Assembly (NCBI RefSeq): GCF_006345805.1
Contig: NC_043000.1
Location: forward strand, 7,998,001-8,062,000
Source: Octopus sinensis
Lineage: Eukaryota
Length of the DNA stretch: 64,000 bases
Reading direction: 5' to 3'
Position numbers and translations under genes: made by a program. The notes under the pieces were generated by a model. That model had not been told where the DNA came from and ran no database searches. It saw only the letters and a program-made list of their open reading frames with translations. Of the stretch, positions 47,124 to 59,810 are shown piece after piece. How positions within the stretch are numbered: the first letter of the stretch is position 1; each line of letters starts with the position of its first letter.

Positions 47124-47559
47124 AGGGATAGTTTTGATGACTATCTCTGTCAAATACAGTAATGCCTTCATATTCGAGTTAATTTGTTCTCAGAGACCAT
47201 TCATAAAGTGAAAACTCATAAAGCAGAGCAATGATTTCCCATAGTAGCAATGTTATAAATTGTAATTTGTTCCCAGAAAAATATTTTACCTAAAAATTTA
47301 TAATACTCATAAATAAATAACAATAAAACAACAGTAGAATGTAAAGAATATTTTATGTAAAAAAAAAAAGGAATGTAAAGATCATTTGTAATAAAAAATA
47401 TTACTATAATCATTTTCTGAGTCACTTTCACTTGCATTAGACTCATGCACACCAATTCACAAGCTCTCATAGATGGACTTGTAGATTTCTTTCTAAAAAA
47501 CAAGTCAAGATTTGTTTGCTTAGAAGAAGCTTTTTTCCATTCTCTGTAAATTTCTCAGT

Positions 47560-48340
47560 AACATGCAGAAGTATTTGTTATGGTAGTAGAAACTTTTGAA
47601 CTTCATTCAAAATTTGGACCTTGTGCTTGAAAAATAAAACTCGTAAACTGGGATCTCATAAAGTGGCTCCTCATAAAGTGAAGTATTACTGTAGTTGGTT
47701 ACCAGAATGGAATCGTGGACTAGGGCATTGTCCTGGAGCAGGTGCTCTGCCTTTTGTGATGAAATCTCTTTTTCAACATCCAAACTTGGAGGATGTAGAT
47801 GGTACCCTTGTTGATAAAAGGGTTCACCACGAGCTTCCTGCTAGACTTGGTCTCTTGTGCCACTGAAAAATAGAGGCTTGGCTCCTACAAGTTTATCCAT
47901 GACAATCTCAAGCATTTGTGGAGACACGTGGCTTAGTGGTTAGGGTGTTGGACTCATTAAGATTGTGGTTTCGATTCCTGAACTGGGTGATGTGTTGTGT
48001 TCTTGAGCAAAACACTTCATTTCACATTACTCCAGTTCATTCAGCTGGCAAAAATGAGTAATACTGCGACGGACCGGCGTCCCATCCAGGTGAGGAATAT
48101 ATATGTGCTGGAAACTGGGAAACCGGCCCTTATGAGTCGGTGTGACTCAAAAAGGAAACTTTACTTTTTTTATATTTCATAAGTTCTTGTGGTGTTTTTG
48201 CCCAGTTTAACACAAAACTATATTGCATAACTTGCTTCCAAATCTCTTGCCATTTTGACTGCATTCTGCAAACTAGTCAGCTGTGATGAGCAGTGTTTAG
48301 TAGGGTGTGTTCAATGTGCTGGTATGGCTGTCCCCTTCAA
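47560..48340 (-). mobile_element. Old mariner relic split by a SINE
   Basis: Minus strand MARDLEASYAI*FCVKLGKNTT.TYE (N terminus, about 48270-48180) and INKG.IYILQ...KR / HLLQDNALVHDSILVTNY (second catalytic Asp region). Confidence 0.55.
47917..48160 (+). mobile_element. tRNA-derived SINE, S4 head + tail X
   Basis: GTGGAGACACGTGGCTTAGTGGTTAG...CTGCGACGGACCGGCGTCC...GAAACCGGCCCTTATGAG. Confidence 0.85.
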
Positions 48341-48394
48341 TCTGAAAAAAGAAAATGTTGGTAGGTCCACTTATTAGATACATTATTTACATTT

Positions 48395-48482
48395 GACTGA
48401 TATTTGTCCTCATCTTGTTGAATGTAAATAATGTAAATAATTTAAATAATGTACATAATTCCTCATCTCTTAAATATAGAAC
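48395..48482. repeat. Rearranged fragment of the 61980-62163 hammerhead-bearing repeat
   Basis: GATATTTGTCCTCATCTTGTT is inverted relative to about 62080-62102, and is followed by forward AATGTA.ATAATTCCTCATCTCTTAAATATAGAA as at about 62127-62160. Confidence 0.75.
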
Positions 48483-48600
48483 TGCACTTATCAGATGTAT
48501 TGTAATCATATACTGAAATTATAATAATTAAGTTATAATAATTATAACCGTCTCTTCTACATAAGTCTCAAAACCTTTGTAATGCACACACACACACATT

Positions 48601-48649
<49 letters not shown>

Positions 48650-48885
48650 TGGAATACACTGCCTTTGTTTCAGTTTCTTTTGGAAATAATAAAGATTTAA
48701 TAAAATAACTTCGTTATTTCAAGTTAATTAAAATCTTTTAAGGAATATGATCCATATCCATAATTGCCAAAGAAGAGAATAAAAATATTTCAGCAATACA
48801 CAAAAAACAAAAAACAAAAAAAAAAAGAAAACACAGAAGAAAACAGATTGGCATTCACAGAGACATACAGCAATATAGGGATTTA

Positions 48886-49085
48886 CTTAACCCTTGTTGA
48901 AATGCACTGCCTTTATTTCAAATAATTTTGAAATTAAAGGAGATTTAGTAAATTACTTTGATATCATTAAGTTGGTGTCTGGCACATAAATTTTAATGGA
49001 AAGTTTAAATTTAGATTTTTTTAAAACAGGAAGTTTGCCTCATAGAACCAGAATATTCTTCTGTGGGTTGGTATGAAAATGGTTA
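48886..49085. mobile_element. Probable piggyBac-like MITE, degraded
   Basis: TTAACCCTT left end and ATGAAAATGGTTAG right end. Confidence 0.4.
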
Positions 49086-49339
49086 GAAAGCCAATATTTT
49101 AATATTTTTATTTTCTATGTATTTAAACTAATTAACAATTAATTATTCAATTACATATTTATGCAAAAGGACTTAATCAAAGAATATATCTGCATATATT
49201 GAATACAGATGTAAAGAAATAATTGTGTAATAAAAAAAGAGAAGTGAAAGATTAAGGGCTGGTGCATTCTGTGCACAGACTTATGCAATATTGCTTGTCT
49301 TTCATTTGTTTGCTTGCTCAATTGTTTCTCACCCGAATA

Positions 49340-49640
49340 TGTCTCTTTACTTACATTCACACACACACTTTTTCACACTCAGAATTAACGAAACATGGAA
49401 TAAAGTACCGACATCATTAGTTGGCTGTCAGGACACTGCATTCTTTAAGATTTCCATGCTTCCTGAAATTTGCCAGCTGTACACCTGATCTCCAAGACTT
49501 CTTTTTTAACAGCTCATTCACTGTTGACGTGATGTGCATGAACAGTATAAAGAATAATTATTCTTTATACTGCTCATCCACTTTTGGCTACTTTTTCTAA
49601 TGAGTTGTAGTGCACCTGAGCACTGTGTACAATAATTTCA
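49340..49640 (+). mobile_element. CR1-like LINE 3' end
   Basis: HFFTLRINETWNKVPTSLV...FFK matches the CR1 terminal FFS.RV...WN.LP motif. Confidence 0.8.
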
Positions 49641-49654
49641 TTACATTTCCTTAG

Positions 49655-49818
49655 GCATAGGAGTGGCTGTGAGGTAAGTAGCTTGCTTACGAACCACATG
49701 GTTCTGGGTTCAGTTCCACTGCATGGCACCTTGGGCAAGTGTCTTCTACTATAGCCTCGGGTTGACCAAAGCCTTGTGAGTGGATTTGGTAGATGGAAAC
49801 TGAAAGAAGCCTGTCGTA

Positions 49819-49861
<43 letters not shown>

Positions 49862-50100
49862 GTGAGTGTGAATGTGTGTATATGTTTGTGCGTCTGTGTT
49901 TGTCCCCCCAACATCACTTGACAACTGATGCTGGTTTGTTTATGTCCCCATAACTTAGCGGTTCGGCAAAAGAGATCGATAGAATAAGTACTAGGCTTAC
50001 AAAGAATAAGTCCTGGGGTCGATTTGCTCGACTAAAGGCGATGCTCCAGCATGGCCACAGTCACATGACTGAAACAAGTAAATGAGTAAAAGTGTAAAAG
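49655..50100 (+). mobile_element. SINE S1, full length
   Basis: Complete head, internal (TA)n, tail. Confidence 0.92.
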
Positions 50101-50929
50101 TGTATATATATATTACACTGTGTACACAAAATTTATATTTTTCATCTTTGGCTATTCAGTGCTATTTCCTATTTGTTTCTATCTAGAAATGAAAGGAAAT
50201 GACTACTATTCCCTTCCAACTTTGCTTTTGTCACCTGGCCACCAATGTTTTAAAACTGACCTATTTTCCATTACATTTCAGACAGATTCAGCACTGAGTT
50301 GCTGAAGCAGAAATATCATTATAGCAAATATTCTGTTCAATGCCACAGATCTGCTTATCAGTTGCTTGACCTTAACCACTTGATTATGTCCCTTAGTGGC
50401 TGACAATACGTGCATCTCTGATGATGATCAGGAGTAGTAAGGGAGCATCATAGTCGTGTGTTGAGAGGGATTCTTTGGAGCTTGAATAAATATAAAAGCA
50501 AAATTAGAAGGAAATATTAGCCATTTTTCATATTTTTAGGGGTCAGTAAATAAGAAATAACAGTTTCTCTCCAAGGACAAAAAATCGTGTTTCACAGGGT
50601 TATATACAGAGCTGTTTTCCATCCAGTTTACCTACGGTAGGAATGTCTTTTTTTTATTTTGGTGCTACATTTTGCCCCCTACTTAAGCAGGTGCTTTTCT
50701 AACTGTTAAACAATACTCATTAATAAAATAGGAAAGTAATACACGATTGTTTCTGTCTGACGTCCTTGAAACAATCAAAGTTATTGCAGTGTTCCAAGGG
50801 TTCTCCTTCAATGGCTGTGGTAAGACTTGAGCCCGTTGTTATGTGATGGTTAGAAGTCAAAGACCTCTTAGCTTGCAGATATTGCAACATATATTAGTCA
50901 AAAAGAGAAAGAGACACTTAGAAACGAAG

Positions 50930-51160
50930 TCTAGTTGTATCATCAATCATCACTGTCATCATCGTCATCATTATCATCATCTACATTGTCACCGCCACCA
51001 ACACCACCACCAACACCACCGCCGCCTCAACTGCTACTGCTGCTGCTGTGGCAGCAACTACAACAGTCACTGCCACCACCACAACCACCACTACCACCAT
51101 TGGTGTCACCACTGCCATCACCACCACCACTACCACCATCACCACAACCACCACCACCAC

Positions 51161-51192
<32 letters not shown>

Positions 51193-51440
51193 CATCATCA
51201 TCACCACCAGCATCATCATCATCCTCATCATCATCATCATCATCATCATCATTATCAACATCGTCATCATCGTCGTCGTCGTCGTCACCACCACCAATGA
51301 TGATGATGATGATGATGATGATAACAGTGATGATGATAATGAGGTAGAAGAAGACAATGACGAAAATGATGATGATGATGATGATGATAATGATGATGAT
51401 GATGGCAGTAATGACAACGATGTTAAAATGTTAACAACAA
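50930..51440. repeat. Compound trinucleotide tract (CAT/CAC/CGT then GAT)
   Basis: Direct reading. Confidence 0.95.
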
Positions 51441-51984
51441 TGACTGCGATTATTTAATTGCCTCAACAAAACAGCAGAATAAAGAACATTCGACTAAAAG
51501 TATTTGCTTAAACAAAACCCATAAAATTAAGGTTTATTATAACATCACAGTAATTGCTGAATGCAACCTCTTCTTTCCCATATTATATGGAATTTTCTCA
51601 CAATGTCCTACATTATGAGCATTGCTTCAGAACTTAGCTTTGAACAGCCAATTCTGTTTTGTCGATTTTTCTCTTTGTTTCGTTAAATGAGTATTATCTA
51701 GAAGTCCTGCAAAATCATAATATCATTGCGGAATGTTTATAACAAGTAAAATTGATGAATTGATTGCATATCTCAATGGAGTTTTCACTTTATGGCCTTT
51801 CCAATAATTCATTGACAAATCAAATTCATTCATTTTCAAATGAAGGTCAATCCACAGTTCAAGAGCTTTTAAGAATAAATGTTTATTTTTTTTTTGCAGT
51901 TTTTAGATTCTCCAAAATGTTTGATCAAATATAAATCAGAAATTATTATCATCATTAAAAATACCATAGGTCTTCGTAACATTT

Positions 51985-52200
51985 ACCTCATCGTCAACAC
52001 CCATGGTCCATTCTGGCATGGGTTTAATGGTTTGAGAGGATCCAGTGGGCTGAGGGATTGCATTCGGCTCTAGTATCTGCTTTGGTGTGGTTTCTATTGG
52101 TTTCCACCACCAACCACTTTACAACATTTACAGGATGCTATGCTTTTTATGTGCCACCAGCACTAGTGGGGTCACCATGCAGTTGCAAGTGTATGAACCT
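51985..52200 (-). mobile_element. Degraded RTE 3' tail
   Basis: GGCATGGGTT...CCAACCACTTTACA...GCTTTTTATGTGCCACCAGCAC. Confidence 0.55.
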
Positions 52201-52284
52201 CAAGAGGGACAACTTTATGTGAGGAGATGAGGAGTAGAGAGGGATAAAGCTTGCATTATAAATATATATATATATATATATATA

Positions 52285-52675
52285 TAGGTGTAGGAGTGGC
52301 TGTGTGGTAAGTATGCTTACGAACCACATGGTTCCGGGTTCAGTCCCACTGCATGGCACCTTAGGCAAGTGTCTTCTACTATAGCCTCAGGCCAACCAAA
52401 GCCTTCTGAGGGGATTTGGCTGACAGAAACTGAAAGAAGCCCATCGTATATATGTATATATATATATGTGTGTGTGTCTGTGTTTGTCCTCCCAACATCG
52501 CTTGACAACTGATGGTGGTGTGTTTATGTCCCCATAACTTAGCAGTTCAGCAAAAGAGACTGATAGAATAAGTACTAGGTTTACAAAGAATAAGTCCTGG
52601 GGTCAATTTGCTTGACTAAAGGCGGTACTCCAGCATGACTGCAGTCAATGACTGAAACAAGTAAAAGAGTAATGA
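52285..52675 (+). mobile_element. SINE S1, full length
   Basis: Complete head and tail. Confidence 0.92.
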
Positions 52676-52709
52676 GTATATATATATACTCTCTCTCTCT
52701 GTATATATA

Positions 52710-52753
<44 letters not shown>

Positions 52754-52774
52754 TGTATATATATATATATATAT

Positions 52775-52884
52775 CATCATCATCATCATCATTGTTTAAT
52801 GTCCGCTTTCCATGCTAGCATGGGTTGGACGGTTCAACTGGGGTCTGGCAAGCCCGAAGGCTGCACCAGGCCAGTCAGATCTGT
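52775..52884 (-). mobile_element. 5'-truncated RTE 3' tail embedded in (TA)n
   Basis: (TCA)n TTTAATGTCCGCTTTCCATGCTAGCATGGGTTGGACGG...; (TA)n on both sides. Confidence 0.88.
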
Positions 52885-52998
52885 ATATATATATATATAT
52901 ATATAAAATATTATTAGAGACAAAACCACTATTTTGCAAAACAAACAAGGAAAGACTTAATCAATACATAAAATTTTAATAAATAGTCAAAAAAACCG

Positions 52999-53041
52999 CC
53001 ACTACAATCGTTTCTTGTCTTGATCGACAATCTTCAGGTGG
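52999..53041 (-). ncRNA. Minimal type-I hammerhead ribozyme, intact core
   Basis: Reverse strand CCAC-CTGAAGA-TTGTC(GATCAA)GACAA-GAAA-C(GATT)G-TA-GTGG: stems I, II and III all pair, CUGANGA and GAAA are perfect, GUA triplet. Confidence 0.7.
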
Positions 53042-53364
53042 ACTTCCAATAATTCAGTGTCAAATTATACATATACACACACATATATATATATGGTTTG
53101 GATAATTTGACCAGAGCTGATAAACTGGAGAGCTGCACCAGGTTCCAGTCTGATTTTGCATGGTTTATATATAAGGGTACACACACATGCATACACACAC
53201 ACACACACAATTCTAACTGACAAAAAAAGAAGGCAAATCAATGTTGCATATGTTTCAGTAAAGAAACACTATTTATTTCAAGTTATACACGAAGTCATGC
53301 AACTCATGCAATAAATTATATATTCTGTGAGGATTGTACATAGCTATTTGACACACATACTTTG

Positions 53365-53900
53365 GGTTCTAGGAACATTTCCCATAAACATTTATGCCAC
53401 AAGAAAACTCACTGTAGGAAAACATGTCGTACAAAACTTTGCCATATAGGAAATTTTGCCGTAAGATAATTTCGACATATAAATAATTTCGAAGATATGG
53501 CAGACAATTTGATTTAGAGAAATTGCAGCTCTGAAAAAAATTGCTTTTTATGTATATATTTTTATATAATTCTGTTTTAGATTTAACTGGTTTTTTTTTT
53601 TGTTCTTTGTAAATGTTATCATATTTATACTATATCACTTTTTATTTAAGCAGAATTTTTTTGTGTTTCTGAAAACATTATCATCTTTTAGATTGCTTTA
53701 TTTTGGCCTCCACTCTAGCTTTGCCATGATAATATAATAGATAGATTGGTTGAAACAATTATATACTAAGAGACCAATTCATCTTTTTTCAGTAAAACTG
53801 TCTTGTGGAAAAATTTCCTGTGTGGCGAACTTTCCTATAGCCAAAAATCCTGAGGTGAATTTTCCTGTGGCAAAAATGTTTCCAGCAAAACTTTCTGGAT
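53365..53900. mobile_element. Degraded foldback/MULE-like MITE with subterminal about 15-bp repeats
   Basis: Left ACATTTATGCCACAAGAAAACTCAC mirrored by right GTGAATTTTCCTGTGGCAAAAATGT. Confidence 0.5.
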
Positions 53901-54149
53901 GCTCACACTTTGGATTGGTGAAGTGCTACTTTAATAATTGCACACAGCATAACCGATCATCCTTTGGCTAATTAAAAGGTGTAACTTTAGACTTCTGTTT
54001 GAACACTATGCTAGCCAACTTCCTACATGATGTACTACTAAGGTGATCACCTGAATTTTGTTCATACCTTCAATTATTATTATTATATATATATATTAAG
54101 GTGCAAAATTGTTTGACCCTCTAGCCAATAACTAATAAGGAGTTGGCAA

Positions 54150-55030
54150 CCTTCTGTGTATGTTTCCTAGTTGCTGCAGGCCTCTGGTGTAGCAGAACAA
54201 GTTGATATCAGACCAGAACAGCTGTCAGGTATCTCCACAAACTTGGTTACAATGGCAGAGCAGCAAGAAGGAAGCCACTTCTTCAACCAATCAATATCAA
54301 GTGGAGAAAAGATTGGGCCACTGAGATAGTGGAGTGGTCACTAGCATTTTGGGACACTGTCATATTCTCTGATGAGTCTAGATTTGCTGTATTTCCTGAC
54401 AATGATCAAGTGTGGGTTTACAGACTCTTTGATTAAGAATTTGATGTGAAAAGATTGCAACCAATAATGAAACACAGTAACTATTCTGTGATAGTCTGGG
54501 TTGCAATTTGGAGCAATGGTTGATCAGAGCTGGTGGAGTGTGAGGGAAACATAAACTCAGATAAATATATGTGCATATTGCAGAAAGGACTCCTTCCAAT
54601 CTTCTCCAGTGGTGACATGATTAAAGAAGACCCTTTATTTATGGAAGATGGGACTCCTTGTTACACAGCTAAAATGACCGAATATTTTTTGGATGAGAAC
54701 GGCATTAAAAAGCTTCCAGGGCCAAACCAGTCAGCAGGTGTGAACCCCATTGAACACCTCTGGGACGTAATGGACAGGGCACTTCATAAAAAGAATAAGA
54801 AAGCATCTTCAAAGCCAAATCTTTTGAGATTACTGTGTGAAACTTATAGAGAAAGTCTGCAAGAGAATATTTGTCATCTGATCTAATAAGATTCTTGCAT
54901 TGGAAAATGCAAAGGGCATGTCTAGTAAATATTAAATATTCACATAACAATTGTTAAATAATTTGAATGTATAATTTCAGATTTAAATAAATTTTCATGA
55001 TTATAAGGGTGTCTATTTACTTATGCTATG
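54150..55030 (+). mobile_element. Degraded Tc1 (DD34E) element
   Basis: [10 protein letters not shown] (GAT at 54371), FMED-(34 aa)-E in VNPIEHLW (ORF 54533-54886); termini uncertain. Confidence 0.82.
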
Positions 55031-55055
55031 TGTGTGTGTGTGTGTGCGTCCGTGC

Positions 55056-55094
<39 letters not shown>

Positions 55095-55194
55095 TATAGA
55101 TATATATACATATACATACATATGAGTGGAGAGCTGAAAAGTTCCTGGCTTTAACAATATCACAAAAGGCCTGGTTGGAAACCCAACCTTCTTA

Positions 55195-55632
55195 GAGCAC
55201 CATCCGAGTGTGATCACTGCCAGAGCAGCTGACTGGCTTCCATACCGGTGGCGCATAAAAAGCACCATTCAAACATGATTGTTACCAGCGTTGCCTTACT
55301 AGCACTTGTGCTGGTGGCATGTGAATAAATATTTGAGCGAGGTCATTGCCAGTGCGGCTGGACTGGCTCCTGTGCAGGTGGCACGTGAAAAACATCACTT
55401 AAGTGTGGCTGTTGCCAGTACCACCTGACTGACCCTCGTGCTGGTGGCATGTAAAAGCACCAACTATACTCTCAGAGTGGTTGGTGTTAGGAAGGGCATC
55501 CAGCTGTAGAAACTCTGCCAGATCAGACTGGAGCCTGGTGCAGCCTCCTGGCTTCCCAGACCCCAATTGAACCGTCCAACCCATGCTAGCACGGAAAACG
55601 GACGTTAAACGATGATGATGATGATGATGATG
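55195..55632 (+). mobile_element. 5'-truncated RTE 3' UTR with about four minisatellite units
   Basis: Repeated GGTGGC.C.T.AAAAGCACC units, then the standard tail and (GAT)n. Confidence 0.88.
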
Positions 55633-55719
55633 ATCATATCTATTCATACATTTTTATTGAAGGGAAGCAAAATTAGGTCACAATGTTCTAGCTCTTGCTA
55701 TTATTTATTTCTTATACTT

Positions 55720-55960
55720 TGTGCAGTTGATTGATAGAATTGGTAGAGCATTGGTACAAATGCCATGCAACATTCATTCTGGTTCCTTGCATTCTGAGTT
55801 CAAATCCTGCCAAGTTCAACTTTACCTTTCATATTTTGGGGCTCAATAAAGTAAAGTGCCAGTCATGCTCCGGGTGTTGATGGAACTGACTGACTCTCTT
55901 ACCATCAAAATCTCCAGCCTCGAGCCTAACTTAGAAGCAATCTTTCATGTCTATCACCGC
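55720..55960 (+). mobile_element. SINE S2, degraded
   Basis: GAATTGGTAGAGCA...CTGAGTTCAAATCC...TTTCAT.TTTTGGGGCTCAATAAA. Confidence 0.6.
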
Positions 55961-56623
55961 TTACAATATCCTCCACTTCAGCATGCAAGCACAGCCAATC
56001 TAATTGACCAAAAACCTGACTGGTACTTATTTTTATCCATTCCAGAAGCATGGACTCTAATTTAATCCACCCCAGAAAAATAAATTTAGAACATGAAGAG
56101 ATGTGACTAAATACAGCAAGACACTTTGTCTGCTATTTTCACTGATTCTGCTATCTTCTGGCTTTGTTTGCATCAATATACTACGACGCAAATCACATGC
56201 TCTGTTATTATATCAATACAGAAGATCCTGTTGTTTCTATAGTAAGCTTTAACGTGCAGTTATTGTAATTTTCTCTGCAATCATTCTGGCTGTGTAATTT
56301 TCTTCTCAGCTTCAGCTCTGTTTTGAATGGTGTATATGTGTATTGTTCTGTGTGTGTGTGTATTTTTATAAATATATAGTTGTATGTATGTGTGCATGTA
56401 CAAATGTGTATCTATTTGCAGATGTATTTATATGCGTGTACACACACACACACATACAGGCACATAGATAGATAGGTAGACAGATATGCTCATTAATGTT
56501 TGTCTGTGCCTGTGAGTGTGCATGTAGGTATGTATGCATGTATGTGTGTGTATATGCATTTATGCATATACATATCTATGCATGTGTATATGTGTGTACA
56601 GATTTGCACCTGTATGTATACAT

Positions 56624-56676
<53 letters not shown>

Positions 56677-56694
56677 GTATATATATAGATGCAC

Positions 56695-56984
56695 ATCTGT
56701 CTGTCTGTCTGTCTATCGATCTATCTACCTATCTATCTTTCTACCTATCTATCTATCTATCTATCTATCTACCTATCTATCTTTCTACCTATCTATCTAT
56801 CTATCTATCTTTCTACCTATCTATCTATCTATCTATCTATCTTTCTACCTATCTATCTATCTATCTATCTATCTTTCTACCTATCTATCAATCAATCTAT
56901 CAATCAATCTATCTACCTATCTATCTATCTATCTACCTATCTATCTTTCTACCTATCTATCTATCTATCTATCTATCTTTCTAC

Positions 56985-57046
<62 letters not shown>

Positions 57047-57074
57047 ACCTATCTATCAATCAATCTATCAATCA

Positions 57075-57125
<51 letters not shown>

Positions 57126-57126
57126 A

Positions 57127-57181
<55 letters not shown>

Positions 57182-57182
57182 A

Positions 57183-57270
<88 letters not shown>
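56695..57270. repeat. Long (ATCT)n tract with recurrent TTCTACCT/CAAT interruptions, bracketed by (CTGT)n
   Basis: Direct reading. Confidence 0.95.
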
Positions 57271-57272
<2 letters not shown>

Positions 57273-57462
57273 ATGCCTGACTGATGTCACTTCATATTGA
57301 TGAGTGCATGTATGCGTATGAATGTAAGTACCTGCATTACATGTGCATAAGCTCATGTATTTTACTACATGTACACACAAGCTTGAAGATTTCAGTTAAC
57401 TCATGTGTATGTAAGGGTATGTGTGTGTCGATACATTTATGTATTTGTATATTTAGTCATGC

Positions 57463-57500
<38 letters not shown>

Positions 57501-57648
57501 CTGTATGAGTACATGTTATTTTTTTGAATTTTTGTTGTTTTTGCTTTTGTGATTTTTTTCTGTTATTTCTAGAGTTTGTATATTTTCTTAGTAGATAATA
57601 AAGATGGTTATGCAAAGTCTCTTCGTTGCATACTCCAACACTCAAACG

Positions 57649-57680
<32 letters not shown>

Positions 57681-57708
57681 CACACACACAACACACACAC
57701 ACAAACAC

Positions 57709-57741
<33 letters not shown>

Positions 57742-57974
57742 ACACATACACACACACATTTGCAAGACACAATGCATATATACACATGTATACACTCGTA
57801 TAGTCATATGCTCACACATGCGTCACTTTACAATGACACACATGTGTACTGAAATACTCTCTCTCTCTCTCTCACACACACACAGAGGCAAGCACACATA
57901 CACAGGCACACACATATGCAGACACTCTGCAGCACATACATACACAGACACATACACCTGTGTGCACATTTTCA

Positions 57975-58021
<47 letters not shown>

Positions 58022-58129
58022 GAAGACCAATATGCACACATACAAATTCTCTTATATATACACATATATACATCAGTCCAGACCATATGACACAAATATA
58101 CACTCAACAAATACATTACTATACAGAAA

Positions 58130-59030
58130 ATCATACACACACATACATACATACATTCATACAATACATACAAACATACATTCATACATACATACACACA
58201 CATATATACATACAAACATACATACATTCATACATACATACATACATACATTCATACAATACATACAAACATACCATACATACATACATACATACATACA
58301 TACATACATACATACATACATACATACATTCATACAATACATACATACATACATTCATACATACATACACACACACATACATACATACAAACATACATAC
58401 ATTCATACAATACATACAAACATACATACATACATACATGCATACATACATACATACATACATTCATACAATACATACAAACATACATACATACATACAT
58501 ACATACAAACATACATACATACATTCATACAATACATACATACATACATTCATACATACATACACACACACATACATACATACAAACATACATACATTCA
58601 TACATACATACATACATTCATACAATACATACAAACATACATACATACATACATACATACAAACATACATACATACATTCATACAATACATACATACATA
58701 CATTCATACATACATACACACACACATACATACATACAAACATACATACATTCATACAATACATACAAACATACATACATACATACATGCATACATACAC
58801 ACACACATACATACATACACACACACATATATACATACAAACATACATACATTCATACAATACATACATACATACATACACACACACATACATACATACA
58901 TACATACGTACATACATACATACACACTCACATACATACATACATACATACATACATACATACATACATACATACATACATACATACATACATACACACT
59001 CACATGCATACATACATACATACACAGTAT
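58130..59030. repeat. About 900-bp (CATA)n tract with higher-order repeats
   Basis: CATTCATACAATACATAC recurs about ten times. Confidence 0.95.
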
Positions 59031-59590
59031 GTCTCAAAATACACATTTACACAGACATAATTAATTCTTTACCAATATCACATCACCCTTCCACACACAC
59101 ACACATTCACAGATACCCCAATTTTCGCTAACAGACTCATAGTTTGTATCACTCACCCCCTACGGCATCTCACACAATACACAGAACACATATACCTCTT
59201 GTAATAACATTAGCATCATAATCTATACACACACACACACATACATTTATGTATGTGTGTGTGTGTGTGGTGTGTGTGTATGTATATAAATATATATATA
59301 TAATCTTATATAAACAATTATAGCCATTTGAATGAAGCTGTAGAAGGTAGATATTGTGTGTGTATATGCATACACTTACACAAACACACACACACATACA
59401 TAAGATATGCATGTATGTGTGTATATATATACATATATATGTGGTATATAAAATGTGTGTATACATATATATATTTATTTATTTATAGTATATAGTATAT
59501 AAAATGTGTGTGTGTATATATATATATATATATTTATTCATTTATTTATAGTATATACAATGTGTGTGTGTGAGTGTGTGTGTATATGTA

Positions 59591-59621
<31 letters not shown>

Positions 59622-59773
59622 GTACGTATGAATATATATATGTATCTAATATGTATATATACATACATATATATATTATGTATATAAATGAAAGTATATA
59701 TGCACAAGTATTTATATATGTATATAAATACATCTGCATATATATCTGTGTATATATATATATATATACACAG

Positions 59774-59810
<37 letters not shown>

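Noticed and set aside
47621-47866. 81-aa plus ORF and a strong minus-strand acceptor (TATTTTTCAG) as host exon
   Set aside because: The minus strand encodes mariner motifs (LLQDNA.VH) across a frameshift, so it is a transposon relic.
48290-48350. Strong acceptor TTTTCTTTTTTCAG followed by IEGDSHTSTLNTPY* as a terminal exon
   Set aside because: Coincides with the probable 5' end of the degraded mariner whose N terminus follows at about 48270.
50843-51457. His-, Ser-, Pro- or Asp-rich ORFs resembling low-complexity proteins
   Set aside because: Trinucleotide tract open in several frames on both strands, with no splice or domain support.
57916-59064. Long ORFs of 382 and 366 aa (H/T/Y/I-rich)
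   Set aside because: Translations of a (CATA)n/(CA)n microsatellite; the same applies to the many [16 protein letters not shown] and LSIY ORFs throughout the track.
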